IMG/VR virus record: IMGVR_UViG_3300028833_000088
DNA from: an uncultured virus (IMG/VR IMGVR_UViG_3300028833_000088)
Lineage: Duplodnaviria > Heunggongvirae > Uroviricota > Caudoviricetes
Reading direction: 5' to 3' (one strand)
Length of the DNA stretch: 64,000 nucleotides
A program made the translations under genes and the position numbers. This document shows positions 22,792-32,709 of the stretch, piece after piece. Position 1 is the stretch's first letter. Every line of letters starts with the position of its first letter. The notes beneath the pieces are model-generated. The model saw only the letters and a list, made by a program, of their open reading frames with translations, did no database searches and was not told where the DNA came from.

Positions 22792-23871
22792 ATGAATATA
22801 ATGAAAGATTTAAAGGAAGAAGTATTAGCGGGAGAATTAAAAGATACTTTAGTTCCAATATTAAATAATATTATTAATTTAATAGAAGATTTTTATTATT
22901 CTAGAGATAAAGATGATAAACGTTATAACTTAATACAAATATCTAGTAGAATAGATACAATAACTACTATATTCGATGATTTATCTTATGATTATGAGCC
23001 AGAAAACAATCCAGATATATCAGATAAATCATTAACAAATATTCTATTAAGATTTAGAGATGTAATTTTTGATTTTATAAATAATTTTAATGAAGATAAA
23101 TTCTCAAGCTTTAATTCATTATTAAGATTTGTACAAAATTCAATAGATGTTTCTTTAGCTAATACATTAAATGAATCTTATTTAATAGATAAAATCAATG
23201 AAGCAGTTGAAGTTCATGATAAATTAAATCCTAAACTATGGGATAGTGATAATAATTTAAAATCAGAAGTATTAGATGCTTTAAGAGAAATAGCTAATGA
23301 GTTTTTAAAGTATATAGAAATTCCAATAGATGTTATAGATATAGAGTTAGTTGGAAGTAATGCTTCATATAACTATAATGATAAATCAGACATAGATTTA
23401 CATATAATAACTAACTTTGAATTGAATTATGTTGATGAAGCAATATTACAACAGCTATATAACTCAAAGAAAAATTCATTTAATCAAGCGTATGATTTAT
23501 CTATAAATGGAATACCAGTAGAATTGTACATTCAAGATGTTAAATCAAATAATGCTAGTTTAGGAGTATATAGTTTATTAGAAGATAAATGGATTAAAAT
23601 TCCTAAACCACAAAATTATAAAATACCAGATATATCTGGTAGATTAAGTGAAGTAAATGCTGATGTTGATGATGCGATAAACTCAAATGATCCAGACAGA
23701 ATTAAAGAAATGATAAATAAATTATATCTTATGAGACAACGCGGTTTAGCGGATGGTGGTGAATCTAGTATAGATAATCTAGTATTTAAAGAATTAAGAA
23801 ATAATGATAGAATACAAGATTTAAAAGATAAATATTATGAGCTTAGAAGTGAAGAATTAAGTATAAGGTAG
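22792..23871 (+). CDS. Pol-beta superfamily nucleotidyltransferase domain protein
   Basis: LVGSNASYNYNDKSDIDLHI (GS...DxD) and VELYIQD; catalytic domain begins after LNES/INEA motifs. Confidence 0.75.
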   Translation: MNIMKDLKEEVLAGELKDTLVPILNNIINLIEDFYYSRDKDDKRYNLIQISSRIDTITTIFDDLSYDYEPENNPDISDKSLTNILLRFRDVIFDFINNFNEDKFSSFNSLLRFVQNSIDVSLANTLNESYLIDKINEAVEVHDKLNPKLWDSDNNLKSEVLDALREIANEFLKYIEIPIDVIDIELVGSNASYNYNDKSDIDLHIITNFELNYVDEAILQQLYNSKKNSFNQAYDLSINGIPVELYIQDVKSNNASLGVYSLLEDKWIKIPKPQNYKIPDISGRLSEVNADVDDAINSNDPDRIKEMINKLYLMRQRGLADGGESSIDNLVFKELRNNDRIQDLKDKYYELRSEELSIR

Positions 23872-23881
23872 GTTATAAAAA

Positions 23882-24136
23882 ATGAATGATAATAGAAAAC
23901 TAATAGATAGTCTTAATGAAGAGCATAGCATTAGACCTCCATATGATAGAAGTAGAGGTCAAATAGATAAAATTATACAACTATGTGATGAAGTATCTAA
24001 GAAAATTAATACAGAAATATCTTTTGATAATCAAGCAGGTAATCATTATATTTTATATATAGATGGTGTTACTTATGACTTTAATTTATATAGAGATGTT
24101 ATACAAGCATTAGAATTATTAAACAGATATTTATAA
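23882..24136 (+). CDS. small hypothetical protein with N-terminal NRKLIDSLNE tag
   Basis: N-terminus resembles the RKLFESFQNNLNE tag. Confidence 0.55.
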   Translation: MNDNRKLIDSLNEEHSIRPPYDRSRGQIDKIIQLCDEVSKKINTEISFDNQAGNHYILYIDGVTYDFNLYRDVIQALELLNRYL

Positions 24137-24201
24137 TTTATGGTAGTTAAGGTAAATCCTACTACATAGAGGAGCCCTAGACACATAGAAACTAGAGGCA
24201 C

Positions 24202-24229
24202 AAAAGAGGGTGATAGACCCTCTTTTATT
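24202..24229 (+). terminator. rho-independent terminator
   Basis: AAAAGAGGGT-GATAG-ACCCTCTTTT hairpin. Confidence 0.75.
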
Positions 24230-24268
24230 ATTAGAAAAAGCATAATATATTATATAGGAGGATAACTT

Positions 24269-24538
24269 ATGAGATACTTAATTGATACTAAACTTAGTAA
24301 AATTAGATTATTAGAGTTTGATTCTGATTGGATAAAATTAAGTAAATGTGAGCTTAAACTAATATTAGCATTACTTAATAATGAATCGACTTGTTATGGT
24401 GAAATTAGTCGATTTTTTAATGTTAAAAAAGCATCTATTATAACAGCAGAAAGAAGATTAAAAATTAAAACAGATTTAAATATTAGAAAAACTAAAAACT
24501 CAATTTATTTAGAAGATGATATAATTTATATTATTTAA
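24269..24538 (+). CDS. small winged-helix/HTH-like protein
   Basis: LSKCELKLILALL...EISRFF...ERRLKIK pattern. Confidence 0.4.
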   Translation: MRYLIDTKLSKIRLLEFDSDWIKLSKCELKLILALLNNESTCYGEISRFFNVKKASIITAERRLKIKTDLNIRKTKNSIYLEDDIIYII

Positions 24539-24547
24539 GGTAGAACT

Positions 24548-25099
24548 ATGGACGATAAATTAATTTATATTTATAATATTATGAAAGATATAAAAGGTAA
24601 GACACCTATTTTATTATTAGAAGAAGCTTCTATTATATTTAAGAGAATATATAAAGGCAAGATATTTAAAATAGAAAATACAGAAGATGCAAAAGAGTTA
24701 ATTTCTATGTACTCTAATATAGACTACAATAAACCATTAGTAGTAGAAGATATATCATTACTTTATAGAGATAGCATAATGCTTAAAATGATAGAAGAAA
24801 TAAATATACCTTTAATATTTTTAGCTAGCTTAGATAATTTATCTAATCCGTTTTATAGTAGAATGAAAACAGTTATTAAATTTCCTAATGATGAAGATAC
24901 AGAATGTAGTTTTATGTCAGTAAGAGATGCTCAATCAAGTATAACTCAAGATGAATTATCTGGTTATCAATTAGATAAATTTATTGCAGAAAATTGTCCA
25001 CAACTTTCTATAATATATAAAAATATAAAGTATAGAAAAAATAAAGATAGACTAATTCAAATCATAGGAGGTTTATATGATAAACATAGTAAATCATAG
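24548..25099 (+). CDS. degenerate clamp-loader small subunit (delta-prime-like)
   Basis: LVVEDI...MLKMIEE...LIFLAS...FYSRMKTVIKF mirrors the AAA+ clamp-loader core, with no Walker A. Confidence 0.5.
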   Translation: MDDKLIYIYNIMKDIKGKTPILLLEEASIIFKRIYKGKIFKIENTEDAKELISMYSNIDYNKPLVVEDISLLYRDSIMLKMIEEINIPLIFLASLDNLSNPFYSRMKTVIKFPNDEDTECSFMSVRDAQSSITQDELSGYQLDKFIAENCPQLSIIYKNIKYRKNKDRLIQIIGGLYDKHSKS

Positions 25100-25751
25100 T
25101 GTTGAGTGTAACGATTTAAATCTACTACAATTTTTTTATCCTAATTATGTTGTGTTAGATAAACCTGTATTATTTAGTGATAAAAATATAATATTTACTG
25201 GAAGTATAGAATATACAAATCAAATGAACTCATTAGGAGTAGATATTATATATGTTAATAACACATGTGATTATAATCTAAATGATAGAAAAGTTTTATT
25301 AGAAATGGTATTTAGTAAATGGAATAAAGAGATACCTAAATATTTAGACTTTTATAATGATATTGATTATGATTTATTTATAAATTTATGTAAACAATGC
25401 TGGATAACTGGAAAATGGTATTTAAAATCAAGAGATAAGTCTGGTGTATTTGTTGATTTTCTTAAGTGTTTTAAGACTAGCACCTATAATATAACAAAGA
25501 CTTATTTAGAATTATTAAATAAAACAGGTCCTGAATATATTGAAGTTAGTTTATTAACATTTCTTAATAGAGTTGTAAATAATAATGAAAATGTAAATAA
25601 ATGGTATTTAAAAGTTATTGATAGCTATAGAAATAGTAAAATGATGCTTATAGAAGATGCAGTTAATAATTACTGTGATTCATCGATATATAGAACCGAT
25701 CTAAGATTACTAAACTTAATATTAGACTTAAATAGAAGACTTTATAACTAA
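25077..25751 (+). CDS. hypothetical protein, possibly another clamp-loader subunit
   Basis: coupled to the preceding gene; no motif recognised. Confidence 0.5.
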   Translation: MINIVNHSVECNDLNLLQFFYPNYVVLDKPVLFSDKNIIFTGSIEYTNQMNSLGVDIIYVNNTCDYNLNDRKVLLEMVFSKWNKEIPKYLDFYNDIDYDLFINLCKQCWITGKWYLKSRDKSGVFVDFLKCFKTSTYNITKTYLELLNKTGPEYIEVSLLTFLNRVVNNNENVNKWYLKVIDSYRNSKMMLIEDAVNNYCDSSIYRTDLRLLNLILDLNRRLYN

Positions 25752-25813
25752 TTTTTGCATCAAGTTTATTTATAATAATAGGAGCTAATAATATAGTAAT
25801 TTTAGGAGGAATT

Positions 25814-26089
25814 ATGGAAGGAAAAAGTGTACCAGAATTTAGAGTAAAAAAAGATACAGATGTTAAAGATTTGGCATCTGCTATTTTTGCTAATATAAAA
25901 AATACTGGAAGTATAGAGTTAAAATGTATAGGCGTACCTTCAGTAAATCAAGCAATAAAATCAGTTATAGTAGCAAGAGGTTTATCTGCACCAATTGGAT
26001 TTGATATAATAATTAAACCTTATTTTGATAGTGCTTCTATAAATGGTGAAGAGAAAACAGTAATAAATATGATTTTAGAAAAAATATAG
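25814..26089 (+). CDS. spoVS: SpoVS-family protein
   Basis: FRVKKDTDVKDLASAI...ELKCIGVPSVNQAIKSVIVARG matches the SpoVS signature IGAGAVNQAVKAIAIARG. Confidence 0.85.
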   Translation: MEGKSVPEFRVKKDTDVKDLASAIFANIKNTGSIELKCIGVPSVNQAIKSVIVARGLSAPIGFDIIIKPYFDSASINGEEKTVINMILEKI

Positions 26090-26107
26090 TAGGAGGAATA
26101 ATAGATT

Positions 26108-27901
26108 ATGTTAAACAAATTAAGTTTTAATTTAGCTAGTAGTCTTAATGATAGTGAATCACAAACTAGCATAAGAAAGAAAGTTATAATTGAATCTAAT
26201 AATGTTATTAAGAAAATTGATATGACTTCTAAATTAGAAGAAAATCAAATTGACGATGCTAAAGAAGACAGTAAAGAAAAAGGATTATATTGTGAAGGAG
26301 AAGAAGAAAATACTCTTAAATATGTATATTATCCAGATGAAATTAAAGATATGTTGTTAAATGATCCTAATTTTGGATTATCAAACTATTCAGACGTAGG
26401 ATTTGAATCAGAAGAAGAAATGAAAAATTACGTAGAAGATGAAGTATCAAAAATTGAAAGAATAGAATCAGAAGAGGAAATTTCTCCAATAAGTCAAACA
26501 AATAATAGTGATTTTCTTGGATTTAAATCTGGAAAAGTAAGAACAGTATTAAAAGATGGAAGAGTTTTTGTAAGTGATGAACCAGAAGTTTCATTAATTA
26601 ATGCTGTAGAACTTACTCTAGCTAATTTAGAAGAAGGAGAAGATTGCAGTAAAAAGCAAGAATTAAATGAAGAAGAATTAGACATAGCTAATATTGATAA
26701 AGATGTTTATAATGCTTTATCTGATATAGCTTTTAAATATGATCCTTTATTTAAAGAGATGGATTGGGATATGGATACTTGCAAGAATATTTTTGAAGAT
26801 TCATTTGATTCCTTTATGAATAAATACTTTGTAGAAAATGATGATTTAGATGAATCTGAAAAAAATAAATTAAATGAAGCAGTATTCGAAGTTGATGTTG
26901 CTTTTGAAGATATAGATGATTATCATAATGAAGAAGAAGTTATTGCTGCTGTAAAAGATTGGCTTGGAGATTTAGCTAATGAAGTTAAAGTTAAAGTAGA
27001 AAGTTTTGAAGGTCCTGGAGCTGGATGGCCAATAGTAAGTTTAACAGGAGATAAAGAAAAAATAGGTGAGTTTTTAAATAAAAATTATAATTCAGGAGAT
27101 GATACTTTAGAAGATACTTATGAAATGTATTTAATATCTGAATCTGATAAATTAGAAGAAAGAATAAATGATGGTGATTTTATAATTTATAGAAGTACTG
27201 TAGAAGGTCCTTTATATATAAGCGGTCCAACTAATACATCTTTTAAGAAAGAAGAAGCTGTAAGATATCCAACAGAGGAAGAAGCTAAAGAAGCATTACA
27301 TGAGTATATAGAAGAAGTTACAGATCCTGAAGCTAATAATTTTAAAGTAGCTAGAATTAATGAATCTGAAGAATTAAATGAATCTAATTCAAGACCAATG
27401 TTTAAAGATTATGAGAATGCTTTAAGCGATGATTTTAAAAAAGAATTTGATATAGGTACTTATGAAGACGGAATGGGTGATTTAGATATAACTAAAAACG
27501 GACACCTTATTGGTAGTATTTATAGAAATGATAATGATAAATATGAAGTAAGATTAAAAAAATATATTAAAGGTACAAAAGTTGCTGATACATGGCAAGA
27601 AGCTGTAGAAATTTTAAATAATGCAGTATCAAATACTACTAATGAATCTGAAAAAGTAGAAAAAAATGACAAATTAACTGAAGCTGAAGAAAAGATAAGC
27701 GTTAAAAATCTTAAAACTATAAAATCACAAGGAAATATCTTTATGCTAGAAGATGATAATAAACAAATTATTGTAGGTGAGAATTTTAACGAATCAGATA
27801 AATCAATAGAGAATGCAGAAGTATATAAAGATAGAGAAGAAGCTAATAAAGATTACTTAGGTAGATGTGATGTTACTAAAGACGGTAAAAAAGTAGATTA
27901 A
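26108..27901 (+). CDS. acidic multi-module protein, probable internal head polyprotein
   Basis: repeated LNE/INES/LDES/LTE motifs separating short domains. Confidence 0.55.
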   Translation: MLNKLSFNLASSLNDSESQTSIRKKVIIESNNVIKKIDMTSKLEENQIDDAKEDSKEKGLYCEGEEENTLKYVYYPDEIKDMLLNDPNFGLSNYSDVGFESEEEMKNYVEDEVSKIERIESEEEISPISQTNNSDFLGFKSGKVRTVLKDGRVFVSDEPEVSLINAVELTLANLEEGEDCSKKQELNEEELDIANIDKDVYNALSDIAFKYDPLFKEMDWDMDTCKNIFEDSFDSFMNKYFVENDDLDESEKNKLNEAVFEVDVAFEDIDDYHNEEEVIAAVKDWLGDLANEVKVKVESFEGPGAGWPIVSLTGDKEKIGEFLNKNYNSGDDTLEDTYEMYLISESDKLEERINDGDFIIYRSTVEGPLYISGPTNTSFKKEEAVRYPTEEEAKEALHEYIEEVTDPEANNFKVARINESEELNESNSRPMFKDYENALSDDFKKEFDIGTYEDGMGDLDITKNGHLIGSIYRNDNDKYEVRLKKYIKGTKVADTWQEAVEILNNAVSNTTNESEKVEKNDKLTEAEEKISVKNLKTIKSQGNIFMLEDDNKQIIVGENFNESDKSIENAEVYKDREEANKDYLGRCDVTKDGKKVD

Positions 27902-27951
27902 TATAGCATATAAAATAATATTTATAGCAATTTATGTAGGAGGTATTCACA

Positions 27952-28335
27952 ATGGATTTATCACCAATAAATAACTCATTAAATAATATATCTAAAAAGA
28001 TAGATAATTATTTAAATAATAAAGTAGATGTAATTTCAGCTGACTTTAATCAACAACAAGATATTAAATATATTTCAGATAATTATAATAAAGCTGTACA
28101 AGATTATTCAGATTTATTAAAACTAATTACTGAAGTACAATACTTTCAAAGTCAGTGTAAAAAAATAATAAGGTTAACTTCTAATAATACTAATCTAGAA
28201 AAAAATCAAAAATTAATTGTTAAAACAGCAATAGATACAATAGAGGAGTTAGCAGTACCATTATATAATGAAAAAGAAAGATTAAAGACAGCTGAAATGT
28301 TTTATAGAAGTTTATATAATAGAAGAGATTTTTAA
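27952..28335 (+). CDS. hypothetical coiled-coil protein
   Basis: 127 aa ORF with AGGAGG RBS. Confidence 0.6.
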   Translation: MDLSPINNSLNNISKKIDNYLNNKVDVISADFNQQQDIKYISDNYNKAVQDYSDLLKLITEVQYFQSQCKKIIRLTSNNTNLEKNQKLIVKTAIDTIEELAVPLYNEKERLKTAEMFYRSLYNRRDF

Positions 28336-28390
28336 GTAATAAAATTATATTAACATAATTTCAAATTTTACTAGATTTAATTCTGGTGAT
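28336..28390 (-). repeat. dispersed bipartite ~50-bp element, copy 2 (reverse orientation)
   Basis: reverse complement reads ATCACCAGAATTAAATCTAG...TTAATATAATTTTATTAC. Confidence 0.75.
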
Positions 28391-28415
28391 TTAGATTATA
28401 TGAAAGGAGTATGAG

Positions 28416-29108
28416 ATGTATAAAAAATTAAGATTGTTAGAAGCTGACGATGAAGAACAAGATATAAGAGATGATTTAGAAGCAGCTGAAGATATTGAAG
28501 ATATAATAGACTCTGAAGAAGATCAAGAAGAAAATCCCATAGAAGAAAGATCTGAATTAGATATACAATTAGATGAATTAAGAGAAATTCTTATAGATTT
28601 AGATCTAAATTTATATCAAATAACAGACAAAGAAAATGAAAATAACGTTTTCTATATAATTGGTAAAGTATCTGATGTAAACAATAACGTATTAATGTTA
28701 GTTGATGGAAAACCTGAAGATATAAATGATGAAGATATATCAAATCAAGTTGAACCATTAGAATCACAAGTAGATGATGAAACTAATATTGAAGAAGATG
28801 ATAATTTAGAAAACAATGAAGAGGATGAAGAAGAACATAAATCTGAATTAGAAAAAAGATTTGACTTTGTAAATCTTCCTAAATCATTATCTGAAATTAA
28901 TAAATTAAATCCAAGATATGGAGAAGATTTAACTCCAGATCATGATGCTGTAATGGAATACTTAATGAATTGCTTAATTGAAATTAATCCGGAAGCAGCT
29001 GAAGAACTTCAAAATGGAGAAGAAAATATAGAACCTTTAGAAGATTTACCTTCTGATGATTTAGAAAATATAAATATGGAGGAGGTAGAAGATGAAGACG
29101 AGTATTAA
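28416..29108 (+). CDS. highly acidic hypothetical protein
   Basis: MYKKLRLLEA N-terminus followed by D/E-rich body. Confidence 0.6.
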   Translation: MYKKLRLLEADDEEQDIRDDLEAAEDIEDIIDSEEDQEENPIEERSELDIQLDELREILIDLDLNLYQITDKENENNVFYIIGKVSDVNNNVLMLVDGKPEDINDEDISNQVEPLESQVDDETNIEEDDNLENNEEDEEEHKSELEKRFDFVNLPKSLSEINKLNPRYGEDLTPDHDAVMEYLMNCLIEINPEAAEELQNGEENIEPLEDLPSDDLENINMEEVEDEDEY

Positions 29109-31746
29109 TATTTTTAATGAGTTAAATGAAAGTTTAGATAAAGAACTTAAATCAAAGAAATTAGCAAAGCAAAATAAATTAACAGAATCAGCAAAATTAA
29201 ATGAAGAAGAATATTCTTTTGAAGAAATTATTACTAGAATGGAAAATGCAACTGATTACGAAGAACTATATAGTGCAGCATCATTAATAAAAAATGATGA
29301 TATAAGAACAGATGTAGAACAAGCTATAGACCAATGTGAATCAGATGGAGATGATGTTGAAACTGCATATTCTATTGTAACATCAGATGTTTTAGATATG
29401 TATAGAAATGATTTAAATGAATCTTCAATTAATGAATCTTCAATTAATGAATCTTCATTTACTAAAGGTGATAAATATAAAAATCAAAATGGAGTAGTTT
29501 GTGAAATAATTGATGTTGATAATGAACATTTATTAGACGGAGAACCACAAGTAACTTATAGAATGGGAAGAGATACTAAATGCTATCGTGCAAGTGATGT
29601 TGAAGCAATGCTTAAACAAAATAATTATATTAAAGAATCAGCTAATACAACTGATGAAGAAAGATTAGCATCTCTTAAAATGCAATTAGAAAAAGATGCA
29701 GATCAATTAGCAGATGATGAAAAAGAAGCTATTAAAAAAGAAATAGCAGATTTAGAAGCTAAAGTATATCCAATAGAAGAATCAGAAGAATTAACTAATA
29801 TAAATACAAAAAAGAAAGATAAATTAAGTCATATTAAAAAAGGTAATTTAAAAGAAGCACAAGAATGGGTAATCACATATGTACCAGATGCTAATCAAAA
29901 AGATAAAACAGCTACAGTTTCTGTATCAGGAATGAATAAAAGAGATGCTATACAAAAAGCAAGAAATACAATAAAAGATGCTGCAGTAGTATCTATACAA
30001 CCTCTTCAAGAAGAAGATGTAGTAGTTATTCCTAAAGTAGAAGATGAAACAGATTATATAATTAAAGATGTTACTGTACTAAATACAGTAGAAAATGGAG
30101 ATGTTCAAGCTCCAGATATAGATGCTTTAATTAATATAATAGATGAAGATTTAAAAAGTGAATATAAAAACAATTGGGGAAAGATAAAAATATTATCAAG
30201 TAAAGTTAATGAAAATAGTTCATTTGCTTTAGTAGATATTACAACTCCAGAAATATTAAAAGAATTTGAAGATAAAAATATTCATGATATTGCGATAGGA
30301 AATAACTTAATACTTGAAAGAGTTGGTAATTTATATCAATTTAAAGTAAACTCATTATCAGGAACTACTAAATATATAAAGAAAACTACAGATCCTAAAA
30401 TAGCAATTAAAGAATGGATAGAATCAGAGTTTTTAAGAGAAGCTAAAAATCTAAAAGAAGAAGAATTAGCTATATTAAAACAAAAAACAGAAAAAGAAAC
30501 TGTAGAGAATTATATTAATAATAGATTAGATCTAAAACAAGAATTAGCTAATATTCAAATGTTTATCGATTTAGCAAAACAAACTAAATCATTAGATGAT
30601 ATGAAGCCAGCAATTCAGAAAAGAATGTATGGTTTAGCAGTAGAAATGCCTAATAATATAGAAATAATAAATACAGATAATAAATATGAGTTAAAATTTA
30701 ATACTGTAGATGATATAGTAAATATATTATTTGGTAAAGAATGGATTAAAGAAGTAAGAGAAGATAATAAAGTAATAGGTCTAAAAGAAAAGAAAGTTAA
30801 CGAATCAGAAAATAGTAAAGCTGATAACTTAATTAAAGATTACTTTAATAATAAAATAAAAACATTAGATGAGCTACATGATAAATTAGAAAAATTATTT
30901 AAAACAAAGAAAGATGCCGTAGAGTATCTTGCTAATAATGAATCTAGACTTAAAAAAGAAGCTAAAATGAATGAATCATATGAGCAATTTAATATTGGAG
31001 AAATAGAAGTAGTATTTAATCCAGATACTTATGAATGTTTATACTCAATACCTTCTGCAGATGTTAAAGATAAAAAGATAAATTTAGCTGATGTTCCTAC
31101 AGTAGATACTCCTTATGATACAAATACTATTATTAAAGATTATGTTGAAACTAAATTTGGTAGAATATCTAATCCTGAAGTAGAAGAACCGGAAGCTGAA
31201 CCTACTGAAGAACCTACAGAAGAGCCAGTAGAAGAACCTGTAGATAGAAATACAGAAATTACTACTAGTCCAGAAGAACCTGTAGAAAATAATGATGAAA
31301 TGCATGAGGATGAATTACCAGATGAACCTGAATCTAATAAAATAAATAATATTGATACAGACGAAGAACCTAGTCAAGAAGTAGTAGAACCTGAAACAGA
31401 AGAAAATCAAGCAGAAACAGGTAGTGAAACATTCGTTAAAATAAGACCTAATCAGCATACTAATATAGAAGATGTTAGAAAAAGAAAATTAGAAGCAAAT
31501 ACACCAGAATCTAACTATATAGTAGTAGATGAGATTAGTATTCCAGAAGAAGAATGGGAAGATTTAAATAGAGATTTTACAATTCCAAGAGATTTCTTAA
31601 ATGATATAAAATCTTTAGATAGAAAAAATTATAGCTTCAATGTAGTAAAAGTAACAAGTCCTAAAGCACAATACAGTTTACTAATAGATCCTTTAGGATA
31701 TGGTTATGCTAGATATTTAGCTATTTCAGATAATAATATCGCATAA
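29092..31746 (+). CDS. large acidic multi-module protein, probable internal head polyprotein
   Basis: many LNES/INES/IKES/VNES motifs including tandem LNESSINESSINESS; Pro/Glu-rich linker. Confidence 0.6.
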   Translation: MKTSINIFNELNESLDKELKSKKLAKQNKLTESAKLNEEEYSFEEIITRMENATDYEELYSAASLIKNDDIRTDVEQAIDQCESDGDDVETAYSIVTSDVLDMYRNDLNESSINESSINESSFTKGDKYKNQNGVVCEIIDVDNEHLLDGEPQVTYRMGRDTKCYRASDVEAMLKQNNYIKESANTTDEERLASLKMQLEKDADQLADDEKEAIKKEIADLEAKVYPIEESEELTNINTKKKDKLSHIKKGNLKEAQEWVITYVPDANQKDKTATVSVSGMNKRDAIQKARNTIKDAAVVSIQPLQEEDVVVIPKVEDETDYIIKDVTVLNTVENGDVQAPDIDALINIIDEDLKSEYKNNWGKIKILSSKVNENSSFALVDITTPEILKEFEDKNIHDIAIGNNLILERVGNLYQFKVNSLSGTTKYIKKTTDPKIAIKEWIESEFLREAKNLKEEELAILKQKTEKETVENYINNRLDLKQELANIQMFIDLAKQTKSLDDMKPAIQKRMYGLAVEMPNNIEIINTDNKYELKFNTVDDIVNILFGKEWIKEVREDNKVIGLKEKKVNESENSKADNLIKDYFNNKIKTLDELHDKLEKLFKTKKDAVEYLANNESRLKKEAKMNESYEQFNIGEIEVVFNPDTYECLYSIPSADVKDKKINLADVPTVDTPYDTNTIIKDYVETKFGRISNPEVEEPEAEPTEEPTEEPVEEPVDRNTEITTSPEEPVENNDEMHEDELPDEPESNKINNIDTDEEPSQEVVEPETEENQAETGSETFVKIRPNQHTNIEDVRKRKLEANTPESNYIVVDEISIPEEEWEDLNRDFTIPRDFLNDIKSLDRKNYSFNVVKVTSPKAQYSLLIDPLGYGYARYLAISDNNIA

Positions 31747-31822
31747 TAAGCATATTATATATTAAAGAGTGGTATAGAGGAAACTCTTGCTACTCTTATT
31801 TTATTATAAGGAGATTTATTAT

Positions 31823-32329
31823 ATGAAAGAAAAAGAAGACGATTTATTATCTATTTTAGAATACGAACAACTAAGTTTTGACGATTTAAATGAAAACAAA
31901 GTACAAGAAGTTCAATCTAATATAAATATATTAGATGATAAAGAAAATGCACCAGAAGGTAACTTGAAGTCACCTGGAGATATATTAAATGATATATCAA
32001 ACTATAAAAAAGAAATAGACAGTATTGATGACGAAATCAGAGCAATAAAAGAAAACAACAAAAGTATATTTGAAGCAATAGAAGCTTTAGAAACTAGAAA
32101 GAGTGAAAAAGTAGCACTTCAAGAAAATCTTAAAGTAGATTTAACTAATAGTATGGAAAACTCAGGACTTAAAAAGATACAAAATAATATTTATATAGCT
32201 ACTTTTGTTGCTTCAACAGTAAGAGAAAACTTTGATAAAGATAGCTTTAAGAAAAAATATCCTGTATTATTCGAGTCATTTGTTAAAAAATCAGACGTAA
32301 AAGCTTATGTAAAATTAAAGGAGGTATAA
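31823..32329 (+). CDS. coiled-coil phage protein
   Basis: AGGAG RBS before ATG 31823; C-terminal FDKDSFKKKYP motif common in phage proteins. Confidence 0.55.
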   Translation: MKEKEDDLLSILEYEQLSFDDLNENKVQEVQSNINILDDKENAPEGNLKSPGDILNDISNYKKEIDSIDDEIRAIKENNKSIFEAIEALETRKSEKVALQENLKVDLTNSMENSGLKKIQNNIYIATFVASTVRENFDKDSFKKKYPVLFESFVKKSDVKAYVKLKEV

Positions 32330-32330
32330 T

Positions 32331-32543
32331 ATGAGTGTATTACAAATGATATTATTTATTTATTGCATGATTGCAGTATTATATTTTATCTATTTAGCAT
32401 TATTAGTAGAAGGTACTATTACAATAGGAAAACATATTTTTAATTCAGGAAGTGCTAAATTTGTAGTTTTAGTATTATTATTAAGTATTATATGGCCTAT
32501 AACGTGGATACTTAATTTTATAAATAGTAAAGAGGACAAATAA
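32331..32543 (+). CDS. small membrane protein
   Basis: two hydrophobic segments, IIWP motif. Confidence 0.6.
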   Translation: MSVLQMILFIYCMIAVLYFIYLALLVEGTITIGKHIFNSGSAKFVVLVLLLSIIWPITWILNFINSKEDK

Positions 32544-32709
32544 ATATGGAACATTACTGTTATCAATGTAATAGAAAATTTAAATCTGGAGATAATATTA
32601 TAATAACAGATTGGGGAGTAATTTGTGAAGATTGTGAAACAGATTATCTAAGAGATTTAAAAGATAGTTGGACATATACTAAATTTGAAGAAAGCATGGA
32701 GGAAGATTA

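Noticed and set aside
24165..24200. preQ1 riboswitch
   Set aside because: Only superficial resemblance; stem and A-rich tail do not fit, and it does not lead a queuosine gene
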